Virus record (IMG/VR): IMGVR_UViG_3300045995_000065
Span: 8,237-72,236 of that record
Direction: 5' to 3' (one strand)
Origin: a virus
DNA: 64,000 nucleotides
Position numbers and translations under genes: made by a program
Notes under the pieces: model-generated
The model's database searches: none
The model's input: the letters and a program-made list of their open reading frames with translations, nothing else
What the model was told of the DNA's origin: nothing
Shown here: piece after piece, positions 9,538-19,020 of the stretch
How positions within the stretch are numbered: position 1 is the first letter of the stretch
Layout: every line of letters starts with the position of its first letter

Positions 9538-10403
9538 ACCTGTACGACTTATTTGAAGGCGCGACAGACGTCTTGTATCACTATACCGGTATTCGCCCGG
9601 CTCTTAAAGTTTTGCAAAGTGGAATGTTTGAGCTAAGTCGTTCTACAGGTAATAAGTCTGAAGAGAACTATGCACCAGCAGGTTACGATTACTTCTTCTC
9701 CACTACACGCTCCAAGACTGGCGACTACCATCGCATGGTTGGCAATGGTGCAGTTATGTTCGTCTTAGACGGGCAGTGGTTTGGCCAACGTTACAAAGTA
9801 AAGCCTATTGATTATTGGGATCGCTCTTGGTTGCAAACTCACGACCGGACTCGCGAAGCTGAAGATAGGGTATTCTCTAAAACACCTGCAATTCCAATTG
9901 GCGGAGTCCGTGCTATACATGCATTTATCAATGAGCATAACGAGTGGCGCTCTCCTGAGTTACGCACTATGCTATTGCAGGCTAAGAAACTTGGGTTGCC
10001 CATTTTTATGTATAATAATGAAGAGGCGTGGCGCTTGCAAGATACACGCAAGGCATTGACAGTGCAACAGATGGCACCATTGCTTAAGGGTGTTATGCCA
10101 GTGGCACACCAGTACAGACCAAGTACAGACTACATTAAGCCATGGCTGGAATTGATCCATAAGAAGAGCAAAGCAGACTTAAGCCCAGAAGGTGAAAAGT
10201 TGCGCTATAACTTGGTATACTACGGATCACGTTACGAGAACGAAGATAGCGGATTGGGCAATGCATTGGCTAACGAGCGTAAGCCAGGTAACACTGGGTA
10301 TGACTCTGCAACCAAGCTGATACAAGCGATGCGCCAATCTAAGTTAAACTCACCACTTGCACTGAAAAATGCGTTGTGCCAGAAGTGGGAAAATATTAAA
10401 TGA
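9534..10403 (+). CDS. ADP-ribosyltransferase-fold putative internal virion protein
   Basis: Leader MNLYDLFE; LYHYT, FSTTRS and EAEDR motifs (H / S-T-S-like / ExE). Confidence 0.5.
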   Translation: MNLYDLFEGATDVLYHYTGIRPALKVLQSGMFELSRSTGNKSEENYAPAGYDYFFSTTRSKTGDYHRMVGNGAVMFVLDGQWFGQRYKVKPIDYWDRSWLQTHDRTREAEDRVFSKTPAIPIGGVRAIHAFINEHNEWRSPELRTMLLQAKKLGLPIFMYNNEEAWRLQDTRKALTVQQMAPLLKGVMPVAHQYRPSTDYIKPWLELIHKKSKADLSPEGEKLRYNLVYYGSRYENEDSGLGNALANERKPGNTGYDSATKLIQAMRQSKLNSPLALKNALCQKWENIK

Positions 10404-11143
10404 TCACAATAGAACCCTACTTAGAGTTCTACATCACCAACGTTTGTAACTTAGCTTGTAAGGGCTGTAATAGATTCAACAATTACAAGTTTAAAGGACA
10501 TCAAACGTGGGCAGACCACGAGGCAGAGTATGCTAAGTGGTCTAAACGTATAACTGCTCCCTTCATTACTATCATTGGGGGCGAGCCTACATTGAATCCC
10601 GACTTGGAAAACTTTGCTGCTGGTATACGTAAGCTATGGCCCGATAGCGAGGTGATGATTCAGACCAATGGCACGTATCAACGCCCACGGCATATCAAAT
10701 TTTGGAAGAATTACAAAGTGGGATACGGTGTGTCATTGCATGACCCAGCTACTGCTGATGACATTAAGAAAACATGGAAGGACCATGGTGGGACATTTGA
10801 CGCTTACGACTTTCATCAAGCAGCATTGATAGAGGATGGTGATAAGTTTTTACTTCATGACAGCGTACCGATTACTGCATTTGAGTTTTGCGATATGAAG
10901 CACGATCGCACGATGTTTAACGGAAAGCTATTCAAGTGCCCGTCAATGGCAACGATACCCGAGTTTAGAAAACAGTTTGATGTTGTGCTGTCACAGGATG
11001 ATGAGACACTACTAACCTCTTACCAACCACTAAGTGCAGATTGCACTGAAGAAGAATTGCAGACATTTTTTATGGACAGGGATAAACCTATTCTGCAATG
11101 TAAGTTTTGCCCGCAAAACTTAGTGTGGGCTAAAGCTCTTTAA
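10400..11143 (+). CDS. Radical SAM protein
   Basis: CNLACKGC (CxxxCxxC), GGEP, TNG; C-terminal Cys set (C..C..CKFC). Confidence 0.9.
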   Translation: MITIEPYLEFYITNVCNLACKGCNRFNNYKFKGHQTWADHEAEYAKWSKRITAPFITIIGGEPTLNPDLENFAAGIRKLWPDSEVMIQTNGTYQRPRHIKFWKNYKVGYGVSLHDPATADDIKKTWKDHGGTFDAYDFHQAALIEDGDKFLLHDSVPITAFEFCDMKHDRTMFNGKLFKCPSMATIPEFRKQFDVVLSQDDETLLTSYQPLSADCTEEELQTFFMDRDKPILQCKFCPQNLVWAKAL

Positions 11144-11306
11144 CAACGTCTGCTAGGTGCGGATAAAATTTGCGACCAGCATATCCATTATCGTCACCTA
11201 GCTTTGCTGCTAGTTTTTCTTTAATGTCTGCTTGTGCGGCCTCCCAACATTCACGAAGCAATTGAGAATCACTGTTGTGCTTAGTAGTCCACTGGTCATA
11301 CGTCAT
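11130..11306 (-). CDS. Small hypothetical protein (58 aa, not in ORF track)
   Basis: Manual translation MTYDQWTTKHNSDSQLLRECWEAAQADIKEKL...; overlaps upstream gene end. Confidence 0.5.
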   Translation of the reverse strand: MTYDQWTTKHNSDSQLLRECWEAAQADIKEKLAAKLGDDNGYAGRKFYPHLADVVKEL

Positions 11307-11631
11307 GTTTGTCCTCTAGATTCAAATTTGCACGAGATACAATCTCGCTGTAAAAACTATCTAACTCACCACCAAAACTTCCACGCATTATATTGTAATA
11401 CGCAATGATTGAATCCCATTGTGAATTACGCAATGCATTTAAAAACACCTGGTGGTTTGCTTTTTGTTCTTGTAGCTTGTCTAAGTCCATGAATGCAAGC
11501 TTCTCAACAGGTACTACACAGAACGCAGTTAGTGGCACGTCAGACCCAGGCACATCAAAAGTTTCTAGCTCAACTAGTGTGTACCGTTGGCGTATTTCTT
11601 CTACACTCTCGGGATTAAAGACGATTTGCAT
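11296..11631 (-). CDS. Hypothetical protein resembling the C-terminal part of class III adenylate cyclases
   Basis: YTLVELETF..V....H..FL...R...W...L.G.F.GELDSFY....R; likely start MQIVF at 11631. Confidence 0.4.
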   Translation of the reverse strand: MQIVFNPESVEEIRQRYTLVELETFDVPGSDVPLTAFCVVPVEKLAFMDLDKLQEQKANHQVFLNALRNSQWDSIIAYYNIMRGSFGGELDSFYSEIVSRANLNLEDKHDV

Positions 11632-12157
11632 ACTTGGATAAATCCAACTGCTTGAATAATAGTTGAACACCCTTGGCTTGCGACTTACAATCCTCTACAG
11701 CATTGTGCAGTGTCTTAGATGTCTTGTCGCGTGGGTCTCCCAAAATACTAAACAATGTACGTGAGTCCATCACTTGCCAGAAGTCCCAGTTACGTGGCAA
11801 CTCGTACATTTTAAACAATGTCTCAAGGATCGTAATGTCAAAGTGAGGACCTTGGCACCAAATCTTGTCTACTCCTACTAGGAATTTGTTCAATGCAACC
11901 AGTGTGTCGTATACACTGTGGCGGTCATCGGGTGACAAGGCTTCTTCCATAATAGCAGGATCTTGCTTGCCCCACCATTCCATTGTGTCCTCAGATACTT
12001 CACGACCACGCTCAATTTGATCGTCAATGTCCAATCGCATGTACAGTTCTTCGAACGGTTCCTGCAAAGTGAATGCATTGAATTTAACTGCGCCCAATGT
12101 AAGCACTACAGCGTCGTGTCCTGCTGATAGTGTTTCTAAGTCTAACATACAATCCAT
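11615..12157 (-). CDS. 3'-5' exoribonuclease (DEDDh, Rv2179c/DUF5051-like)
   Basis: DLETL, WCQGPHFD, DSRT, HNAVED motifs. Confidence 0.85.
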   Translation of the reverse strand: MDCMLDLETLSAGHDAVVLTLGAVKFNAFTLQEPFEELYMRLDIDDQIERGREVSEDTMEWWGKQDPAIMEEALSPDDRHSVYDTLVALNKFLVGVDKIWCQGPHFDITILETLFKMYELPRNWDFWQVMDSRTLFSILGDPRDKTSKTLHNAVEDCKSQAKGVQLLFKQLDLSKYANRL

Positions 12158-12200
12158 TATTTTCTCCTAAATTAGATAAATAAACATAACGGGATCAATT

Positions 12201-12851
12201 ATGTTCATTAAAAACAAATATTCTAAATGGTATTATAGCATAATAGCTAATGCAACTACAAGAAATTTGAGTACTTCTGTAAAAACTGAAAAGCATCATA
12301 TTTTACCCAAATCCATCGGTGGCAATAATGAGCAATCTAACTTAGTCAAATTGACTTTGCGCGAACATTTTATATGTCATAGATTACTGCCTAAAATGAC
12401 TACTGGTGTAGCAAGAACCAAAATGATGTACGCAATATGGAAAATGTGTCATTCATCTGGTACTAAGAAACTTGCGTTCAAATTAAATGCTCGCACATAT
12501 AGCGCAATTAAAGAAATGATGCGATCAGTTAGAAAGTCTGAGGATTTTACTCCAGAATGGCGGGCGAAATTATCTAAATCAAGACTTGGAAAAGGCACAT
12601 GGAACAAGGGAATTGGGCGCACAAACGAAGAGAAAGAGAAAATGTCAGCGACACGGAAAGCAAGATCTTCAGACCCGACATGGAATTTACGTCCTCCGTG
12701 CAGCGAGGAAAAAGCAGCGAAAATACAAAAAGCCAACTTAGGAAAAAAGTGGGCACACCATAAAGAAAGTCTCCAGCGAAAATATTTGTCACCAAATGAC
12801 TTTCTTTCCTATATTACAAACGGATGGGAACCTGGTTTAGGAAAATTTTAA
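12201..12851 (+). mobile_element. Free-standing HNH homing endonuclease with NUMOD3-like repeats
   Basis: EKHHILPKSIGG..N...NLVKLTLREHFICH; basic C-terminal repeats; AT-rich; opposite strand to neighbours; own TAAATA at 12177-12182. Confidence 0.85.
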
Positions 12852-13168
12852 TCTTCTTCCAAAAGTTCTTCGAGTTCAGGCTTCGTAACAAACTTACCAC
12901 CAAGATCAGGGAACCATGTTGTATGGTACTCCTTGCCACCTAGCTTGTAATAGTCTGTCATTGAGTGCTGGTTGTTTGTTGATTTGAACGGGTCGATCAT
13001 CTTGAGCAAAAGCATAATGTCTGTGTACTCTTGCCCTTCAATCTTGCGCATAGGAGGACCCATTACACTGCGCAAAAACGCTTTGGCCTTAGCCGGGTCA
13101 TCGCGCATTTCTTTACGGTGTCTCGCGAGACCTTCTTTGAGTAGAGTTAACTCGCTCTTTTTAGACAT
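12848..13168 (-). CDS. Hypothetical protein
   Basis: Likely start MSKKSEL overlapping the clpS stop. Confidence 0.55.
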   Translation of the reverse strand: MSKKSELTLLKEGLARHRKEMRDDPAKAKAFLRSVMGPPMRKIEGQEYTDIMLLLKMIDPFKSTNNQHSMTDYYKLGGKEYHTTWFPDLGGKFVTKPELEELLEED

Positions 13169-13478
13169 CAGCTTCAAGCTTGATAGCGAGAGGGAAACCG
13201 TTGTTACGTGCAAGCAATGTTACTTCCACGCCTTTTTGTTCTGCCAATTCGTATGGCAATGTTGCGGCAACTGCGGCGCCGTCTTCATGCACCTTTGTCA
13301 TAATGTGCTCTGCCGTAACATCATCGTGGCCAAATACTGCCTTCAATGTTTCAATAACGAACTCCATTGTGGTCACATTGTCATTGACATAAATGACATT
13401 GAACAATGGTGGCGGTTGCACATCAGTGCGAGGTTGAATACGAACTTGATTTTGGATTTTGGTTGATGTAGAGGACAT
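13161..13478 (-). CDS. clpS: ATP-dependent Clp protease adaptor ClpS
   Basis: VIYVNDNVTTMEFVI...VHEDGAA...AEQK...FPL: full ClpS signature. Confidence 0.93.
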   Translation of the reverse strand: MSSTSTKIQNQVRIQPRTDVQPPPLFNVIYVNDNVTTMEFVIETLKAVFGHDDVTAEHIMTKVHEDGAAVAATLPYELAEQKGVEVTLLARNNGFPLAIKLEADV

Positions 13479-13493
13479 ATTTGAATCTTAAAT

Positions 13494-13514
13494 GGGGAGG
13501 AAAAGTCCCTCCCC
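13494..13514 (-). terminator. Hairpin after hsp20
   Basis: GGGGAGG/CCTCCCC stem; weak U tract. Confidence 0.5.
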
Positions 13515-13532
13515 TTGTTGCATTATAGCGTT

Positions 13533-13982
13533 TTACTTGTTAAAAGTCAACGCGATTTTGCGTGGCTTCTTCTCTTCTGGTACTACGAGTTCCAGAGCAA
13601 TAGCCAAAATGCCATTTGTGACATTAGCGCCACGAATTTCTACGTGTTCCGAAAGATTGAACACACGTTCGAAATTACGAGTGGAAATGCCTTTGTGAGC
13701 ATAAGTAAGTTTTTCCTTATCCTCTGTGGCCTTTTTGCCGCTTACGTGCAAAGTGCCGTCCTTCAATTCTACGTCGAGTTCGTGCTCACCAAAACCAGCG
13801 ACTGCAACTTCAATAACTGTGTTCGTCTCATCGATGTTTACAATGTTGTATGGTGGGTAGTTCTCGTTCGACTTGGCGGAATTGGCGAATGTACGATTTA
13901 GCTCATTGAACATTCGGTCAAAGCCGATAGCTGTACGATGAATTTCAGGTAGGTTAAGGGTGTGAATAGAAAAGTTTGTCAT
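13533..13982 (-). CDS. Small heat-shock protein Hsp20/IbpA
   Basis: IGFDRMF, YPPYNI, AVAGF, HKGISTRNFER.F.L, NGIL, VPEEKKPRKI. Confidence 0.95.
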   Translation of the reverse strand: MTNFSIHTLNLPEIHRTAIGFDRMFNELNRTFANSAKSNENYPPYNIVNIDETNTVIEVAVAGFGEHELDVELKDGTLHVSGKKATEDKEKLTYAHKGISTRNFERVFNLSEHVEIRGANVTNGILAIALELVVPEEKKPRKIALTFNK

Positions 13983-14014
13983 GTTGTTCTCCTGTTAAGC
14001 AAGTATGACTTTAA

Positions 14015-14042
14015 ATGCAGCCCGATTATTCGGCACTGCACA
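14015..14042 (-). promoter_or_regulatory. hsp20 5'-leader hairpin with bulged G
   Basis: GUGCAGU-G-CCGA-AUAA-UCGG-GCUGCAU right after TAAATA (14045-14050). Confidence 0.6.
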
Positions 14043-14086
14043 AATATTTATTTTACACTCTTTTGCATTATATGCAACTATTATGG

Positions 14087-14311
14087 CTATTTTACTACTG
14101 TAAACTTTTCAGTAAGTTTTGGTGGGTTCATAATGAAGAACGACAAATCTACAGGATTCGAAAAATGGTAATTAAGCTCGTAACCAGCAAGGTCAACTTC
14201 AAATTTGATTTCGTAATACGTTAGCCATGTAAGCATTTCACTTAGTACCATCATGCGCTTTGCCTTCCGCATTGACCCGTTTGGAATAATGAATTGAATA
14301 TAGTCCATCAA
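14087..14311 (-). CDS. Small hypothetical protein
   Basis: Coupled to the clpX stop. Confidence 0.5.
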   Translation of the reverse strand: MMDYIQFIIPNGSMRKAKRMMVLSEMLTWLTYYEIKFEVDLAGYELNYHFSNPVDLSFFIMNPPKLTEKFTVVK

Positions 14312-15498
14312 TGTGCATCGCGTACAGTTTGTTCCGTGATCTCTAAGGCAGCGATTCCTTGCGCTTTCATCTCAGTTAAAGCGTACATATAGGGCATTAA
14401 CGTGCGTTCCAGGATGCTTTTCAGCCCTCTTGCGCCCGTGCCCTGCTCGTGTGCTAACTCTGCACAAGCTTGTATTGCACCGTCTGTGAATTTTAATTCT
14501 ACGTCGTCAGACTCAAAGTAGAACTTCATCTGTGCGAGTAAGTTGTTGCTTGGTTCCTTAAGAACACGAACAAAGTCTTCTACTGTTAGCGCATCAATTG
14601 GTACTGCAATAGGGAAACGACCAGTGAACTCTGGGATCATACCAAACTTGATAAAGTCATCAGGAATGAATGCAGCCGTGTTTACTTTGGTCGCAGTGTT
14701 ACCAAATCCAATAGCAGAACCTTTTTGTCTACGTTCCACGATCTTGTCAAGGTCAGAAAATGCGCCGCCCGCAATGAATAAGATCTTGCTTGTGTCAATC
14801 TCAACCTGATCCATGGCAGGATGCTTCTTACTGCCGCCCACGCTTACTTTGCATATAGTGCCTTCTACCAATTTTAGTAATGCTTGCTGGACACCTTCGC
14901 CAGACACATCACGGGAGATACTTGCGCTCTCAGACTTCCTGCCAATCTTATCAACTTCGTCTAAGAAGACGATTCCGTGTTGGCATCGTTCTACATCATT
15001 ATCTGCTGCACTTAGTAGGCTGCTAACGACACTTTCAACATCGTCGCCCACATACCCTGCTTCAGTTAGTGTAGTCGCATCTGCTACGACGAAAGGAACA
15101 TTGAGGTAACGTGCGATTGTCTTAGCAAGCAATGTTTTGCCTGAACCTGTTGGCCCAAAGATAAGGATGTTAGACTTCTCTAACTCAACAGGGGACTCGA
15201 AGTAAATGCGCTTATAGTGATTCACCACGCCCACAGCGATAGCAATCTTTGCTGCATCCTGTCCGATAACGTACTGGTCAAGATAGGCTTTGATCTTCAT
15301 CGGATCTAAAGCCTTCGTGATCTTTTTATCTTTGCGTAGAGCATCGTTGTGCTCTTTGTTTAGTATGCTTGCACATAGTTCAATGCACTCGTTACAAATT
15401 CCCGCATCATTTGCGACAATAAGTTTGTCAACGTCTGAGCGGGACTTCCCGCAGAAGTTACAGTGAACTAATGGTGTCAGTGACAGATTTGAGTTCAT
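14308..15498 (-). CDS. clpX: ATP-dependent Clp protease ATP-binding subunit ClpX
   Basis: N-terminal C4 zinc finger, GPTGSGKT, TEAGYVG, DEVDK, RDVSGEGVQQALLK, IGF loop, GARGL. Confidence 0.96.
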   Translation of the reverse strand: MNSNLSLTPLVHCNFCGKSRSDVDKLIVANDAGICNECIELCASILNKEHNDALRKDKKITKALDPMKIKAYLDQYVIGQDAAKIAIAVGVVNHYKRIYFESPVELEKSNILIFGPTGSGKTLLAKTIARYLNVPFVVADATTLTEAGYVGDDVESVVSSLLSAADNDVERCQHGIVFLDEVDKIGRKSESASISRDVSGEGVQQALLKLVEGTICKVSVGGSKKHPAMDQVEIDTSKILFIAGGAFSDLDKIVERRQKGSAIGFGNTATKVNTAAFIPDDFIKFGMIPEFTGRFPIAVPIDALTVEDFVRVLKEPSNNLLAQMKFYFESDDVELKFTDGAIQACAELAHEQGTGARGLKSILERTLMPYMYALTEMKAQGIAALEITEQTVRDAH

Positions 15499-15850
15499 TT
15501 GCGCGATTTACGAAGTAGTCCAACACTGTTTGATGTTTGCGCTCGTTACCTAAATCTCTTGGGCCATAGTGGTATGCAATTTTACTTGTTGCATAAAATT
15601 CTTTAATACCACTAATGCCGTTAGTAACAGTGTTTATGATGATTGCATCTGCTTTGTCAACAGCTTCTTCAAGCCATGGCAAGTTATTAAGGTCTTCTTT
15701 GTATAAGTATACGTTAAAGGACTCGTTGTGGCTGCCGCACAAAAACGCCAGCGTTTCGACATCGACTGGATCTACGTCAATTAGTAAAATTGTATGATTA
15801 GGTTCGTCAACGAAGTCCGGAGGTGTAATAAAGTTTGTAGTGTTACTCAT
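15458..15850 (-). CDS. Hypothetical protein
   Basis: Operon-coupled ORF, N-terminal ITPPD. Confidence 0.6.
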   Translation of the reverse strand: MSNTTNFITPPDFVDEPNHTILLIDVDPVDVETLAFLCGSHNESFNVYLYKEDLNNLPWLEEAVDKADAIIINTVTNGISGIKEFYATSKIAYHYGPRDLGNERKHQTVLDYFVNRANELKSVTDTISSL

Positions 15851-17726
15851 TTTTGTTTAGGTATTCTGCTATTTGATCTTGTTCAGGTTGGGTTAAATCA
15901 TCCAACGAATATTCGCCGGATTCAATCTTCTCTATTAAGTATTTAACATATTCTTCATTGTACGTATAAGAATCCGATGCAGTTTTTTCTACGTGCATCC
16001 AAGTATTTCCGTTAAACTTAAACAGTCTTGTTGGTAAGTAATCAACTCGTAAATACATATCACCCTTGTTTGCAATGGCAGGGAATGTTGTCCCAAAATC
16101 TGCAGAAACTTGGGCATTACCTTCTAAGTTGTCTGCCTCAATAGGAGCAGGGACCCACTCTTGTCTAGACGTTTTAATACGTGTATTTGGGTCAACATGA
16201 TCAACTGTGACTTGTACTAACTCAGGCGGTGCATCAATGTGCTCTACTGCAACTTGAACTATTTCTGGTAATGCTTCGTCAGTAATGTTCAATATGTCAG
16301 GAATTGGTGGAATAGGCTCTAAGCTGCCCATTGCAGTAATAATATCCTCTTCGGGGTCAACTTCTAATGTGGGAATCTCGTCCGGTAATTCAAAATGCTC
16401 GCTGTCAACAAAGTCTATTAACTCGTTGCGTTGTAACGCAGCAGGCATTGTATCCAAATTTGGCAGCGGCTCGTTGTACATATCTTCAGATACACGCTCT
16501 GCAATAATCTCGTCTGCCAATGCAATCATCTCTGGTGTAAACTCATCAGGGGTCGGTTCGTTGTTATAATTGCGAATACCCTCGTCAATTTTTGCAGATA
16601 ACTCGTCAACCTTTTCCATTACCGCCAATTCAGCTTGTGTCAATTCTGGTACATCCAATAATGATTCCTCAATCGCCGGAGGCGTATCACTAAATGCATG
16701 GCGGCTGTCATCCCACTCAGATGACATTTCAAATACTTCTTCTACTGCGTCATCTTCCTCTTCGCCAGGAATTGGGTCGGGATCTGTGTATGTCGTTGTA
16801 GTTGTCCAGTGAATTGGTCCTGGTGTTCCGTGAATATATGGATCGTAAGGCTCAAGGGGCCCGACGCTTGGTATAAATGCAGGGACAGGAGGAACTCGTT
16901 CGTCTGGAACTTCAGGTAACCCATGCTCTGCAACAACCTCGGGCTCATCGTGCACATAGCCGCCCTTACCATGCCTTGCCCATTCAAACTGCAATGATGC
17001 AGCAAGGATTAAGCACAACGCAAGTGGATCAAACACCATAACGATAAGAACAATAACCCAGCGCACCGCTCGCTCAAGCAAGTTGGAATCAGGATTATCC
17101 CCGTATATCAAGGCAGCAATGTACTTGATAGGTCCAACTTCAGCTTCAATCTTGCGGGACTGTGCTGCAAGCGGCGCCCTTTGCTCTTGCAGTTTAGCTA
17201 TCTCAGTTTGAGCCTTGCCAATCTCGTCCTGTAACCCTGCTCGTTCCTTTTGCTGCCTTTTACGCAATTGAGACGCAATTTGCACACTTCCCACATCAGT
17301 GCTTCGAGTGATGGTTTGATCCACCGTTGCATCCATTTGCTTAAGAGCTAACCGTGCAGAGGCAATGTTGTCTTTTTGTGTGGCGATCTTCTCGTCAAAC
17401 AGTGATACCTGCGCAGTGGAGTCACCTGTTAGTGATGCTTGTTCTAAGTGGGCCTTGGACAAGTATCCAAAAATACCCATAGAGGTCAGGAACATTAAGA
17501 AGATGATAGCGGGCACGAGATACGTTTTAAACGTCCAGGGTATACGCTTCCAATTATTATGCAACCACACTGTGGCAACCACTTTGCCTAAACCAAGTGA
17601 TGCGCCCATAACGATAACTGGCACCACAGCCGCAGCGAAAATGGCTGTCAATCCCATAATGGAATAGTATTCAGCTGTTAAAGAAAGAATGAGGGCCGTA
17701 GCCAGAATGATGATTCCGTATAGCAT
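15843..17726 (-). CDS. Membrane protein with TM helices, coiled coil and long acidic linker
   Basis: Three N-terminal hydrophobic helices, GIFGYLSKAH, coiled coil, EVGPIKYIA, further TM (VFDPLA), D/E/P-rich tail. Confidence 0.7.
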   Translation of the reverse strand: MLYGIIILATALILSLTAEYYSIMGLTAIFAAAVVPVIVMGASLGLGKVVATVWLHNNWKRIPWTFKTYLVPAIIFLMFLTSMGIFGYLSKAHLEQASLTGDSTAQVSLFDEKIATQKDNIASARLALKQMDATVDQTITRSTDVGSVQIASQLRKRQQKERAGLQDEIGKAQTEIAKLQEQRAPLAAQSRKIEAEVGPIKYIAALIYGDNPDSNLLERAVRWVIVLIVMVFDPLALCLILAASLQFEWARHGKGGYVHDEPEVVAEHGLPEVPDERVPPVPAFIPSVGPLEPYDPYIHGTPGPIHWTTTTTYTDPDPIPGEEEDDAVEEVFEMSSEWDDSRHAFSDTPPAIEESLLDVPELTQAELAVMEKVDELSAKIDEGIRNYNNEPTPDEFTPEMIALADEIIAERVSEDMYNEPLPNLDTMPAALQRNELIDFVDSEHFELPDEIPTLEVDPEEDIITAMGSLEPIPPIPDILNITDEALPEIVQVAVEHIDAPPELVQVTVDHVDPNTRIKTSRQEWVPAPIEADNLEGNAQVSADFGTTFPAIANKGDMYLRVDYLPTRLFKFNGNTWMHVEKTASDSYTYNEEYVKYLIEKIESGEYSLDDLTQPEQDQIAEYLNKNE

Positions 17727-17793
17727 AGTATGTATTTAGCGATGTTTGTACCGCTACTTTACACTAATGTATTAGGAAATGCAAGCTTAACGG

Positions 17794-17979
17794 TTATTTC
17801 CAGGGACGACCTGGGTTTAATGGAGTAGGACGGGGAGGATCTACCTGCGGATTGTCAATAGTGTGCAGTGCACGATAACCCACGGTTCCGGTTGCTGCTC
17901 GTTTTGCTTGAGCAGCGGCAAGTTTAGCGGCTACACGAGCCGCTTTTGTTGGTAATGTAGAGATGCCGTTTTGCGCCAT
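17794..17979 (-). CDS. Small basic protein, possibly virion-associated
   Basis: MAQNGISTL...GRPWK; TAAATA 4 nt upstream. Confidence 0.55.
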   Translation of the reverse strand: MAQNGISTLPTKAARVAAKLAAAQAKRAATGTVGYRALHTIDNPQVDPPRPTPLNPGRPWK

Positions 17980-19020
17980 CAAGTATTTAGCTTAATGGAT
18001 CAAATCGTCGTCACTAATGTCATTCAGTTCAAGGTTTGCTTCTTCAACCAAACGCAAAATTGCTTTTCCTAAATCGGCAAACTTGTCTCCGCTTGAAGCC
18101 CAATGTTCGGCCAAAATTTGATAGTCACGCAGCACTTGTTCCTGATCTTCGTCGGACAAGTCCTCTACATTCACTAACCCTGCGTGGATCTGCTGGATTA
18201 GTGGAATGTCTTTTTGCTTGTGTTTCTTCTTACCCATTACAGTGCCATAATACGCTTTAGGACCTTACGTGCATCCTTGAGCCCGGTGCCCATCAACATC
18301 TCGTCAGCAGCTTCCGCTTGGAAGTCATTGAAGTCCTTCATGAATGCATCCAACGCACCACCCACAAATTCGACCTTGTATGTGGCATTTTGCGCTTGGC
18401 AAAAACGTGCAAGTTCTTCTGGGGTCATTTTATCGTGGCTCATATAATTCTCACTTTCTGTGGATTAGCTCTATCGCTAAAATATTTAGTGCCTTTTTCA
18501 CGGATTAAATCTACCATGTATTGTGCAGCACCTTCGTCGAACATCTCCCTGATTTCCTCTTCAGTAATGCCGGCCGGCATACCAATGGAGTATACTTCGT
18601 AATGCCGCTGTGGGTTAGCTCGCGCACGAAGCAAAATGCTGTGCATCAAACTGTTCAACTCATCACCAGCAGTTACCCCTTTCTTCACATTCTCTGGATC
18701 AGGAGCAGAAAGTGTATCCCACATTGCCTGCTTATCTTGATCCAGTTGACGAGATTGGTACTCGTCAATGTTGATTACAGCCTCGATGCCATCAGAGCAC
18801 CAAGACAGTAGCCAAGTGGAATGCTTACTCTTGCGCATGTTGCAGCACAGCCTTGTACTCGTGTTTCACTGGAGCATTGTCGGAGTGCAGCAAAAACTTC
18901 GAGCCCATTGCAGCTTTAACTTCTGCAAGGCGTGCCTCATTACGTGCACGGAGGTCAGCGTTCTTAGCGTCGACTTCGCGCAGTGCAAATATTTCGTCTG
19001 ATGTTAGTTCAGGGCGCATT

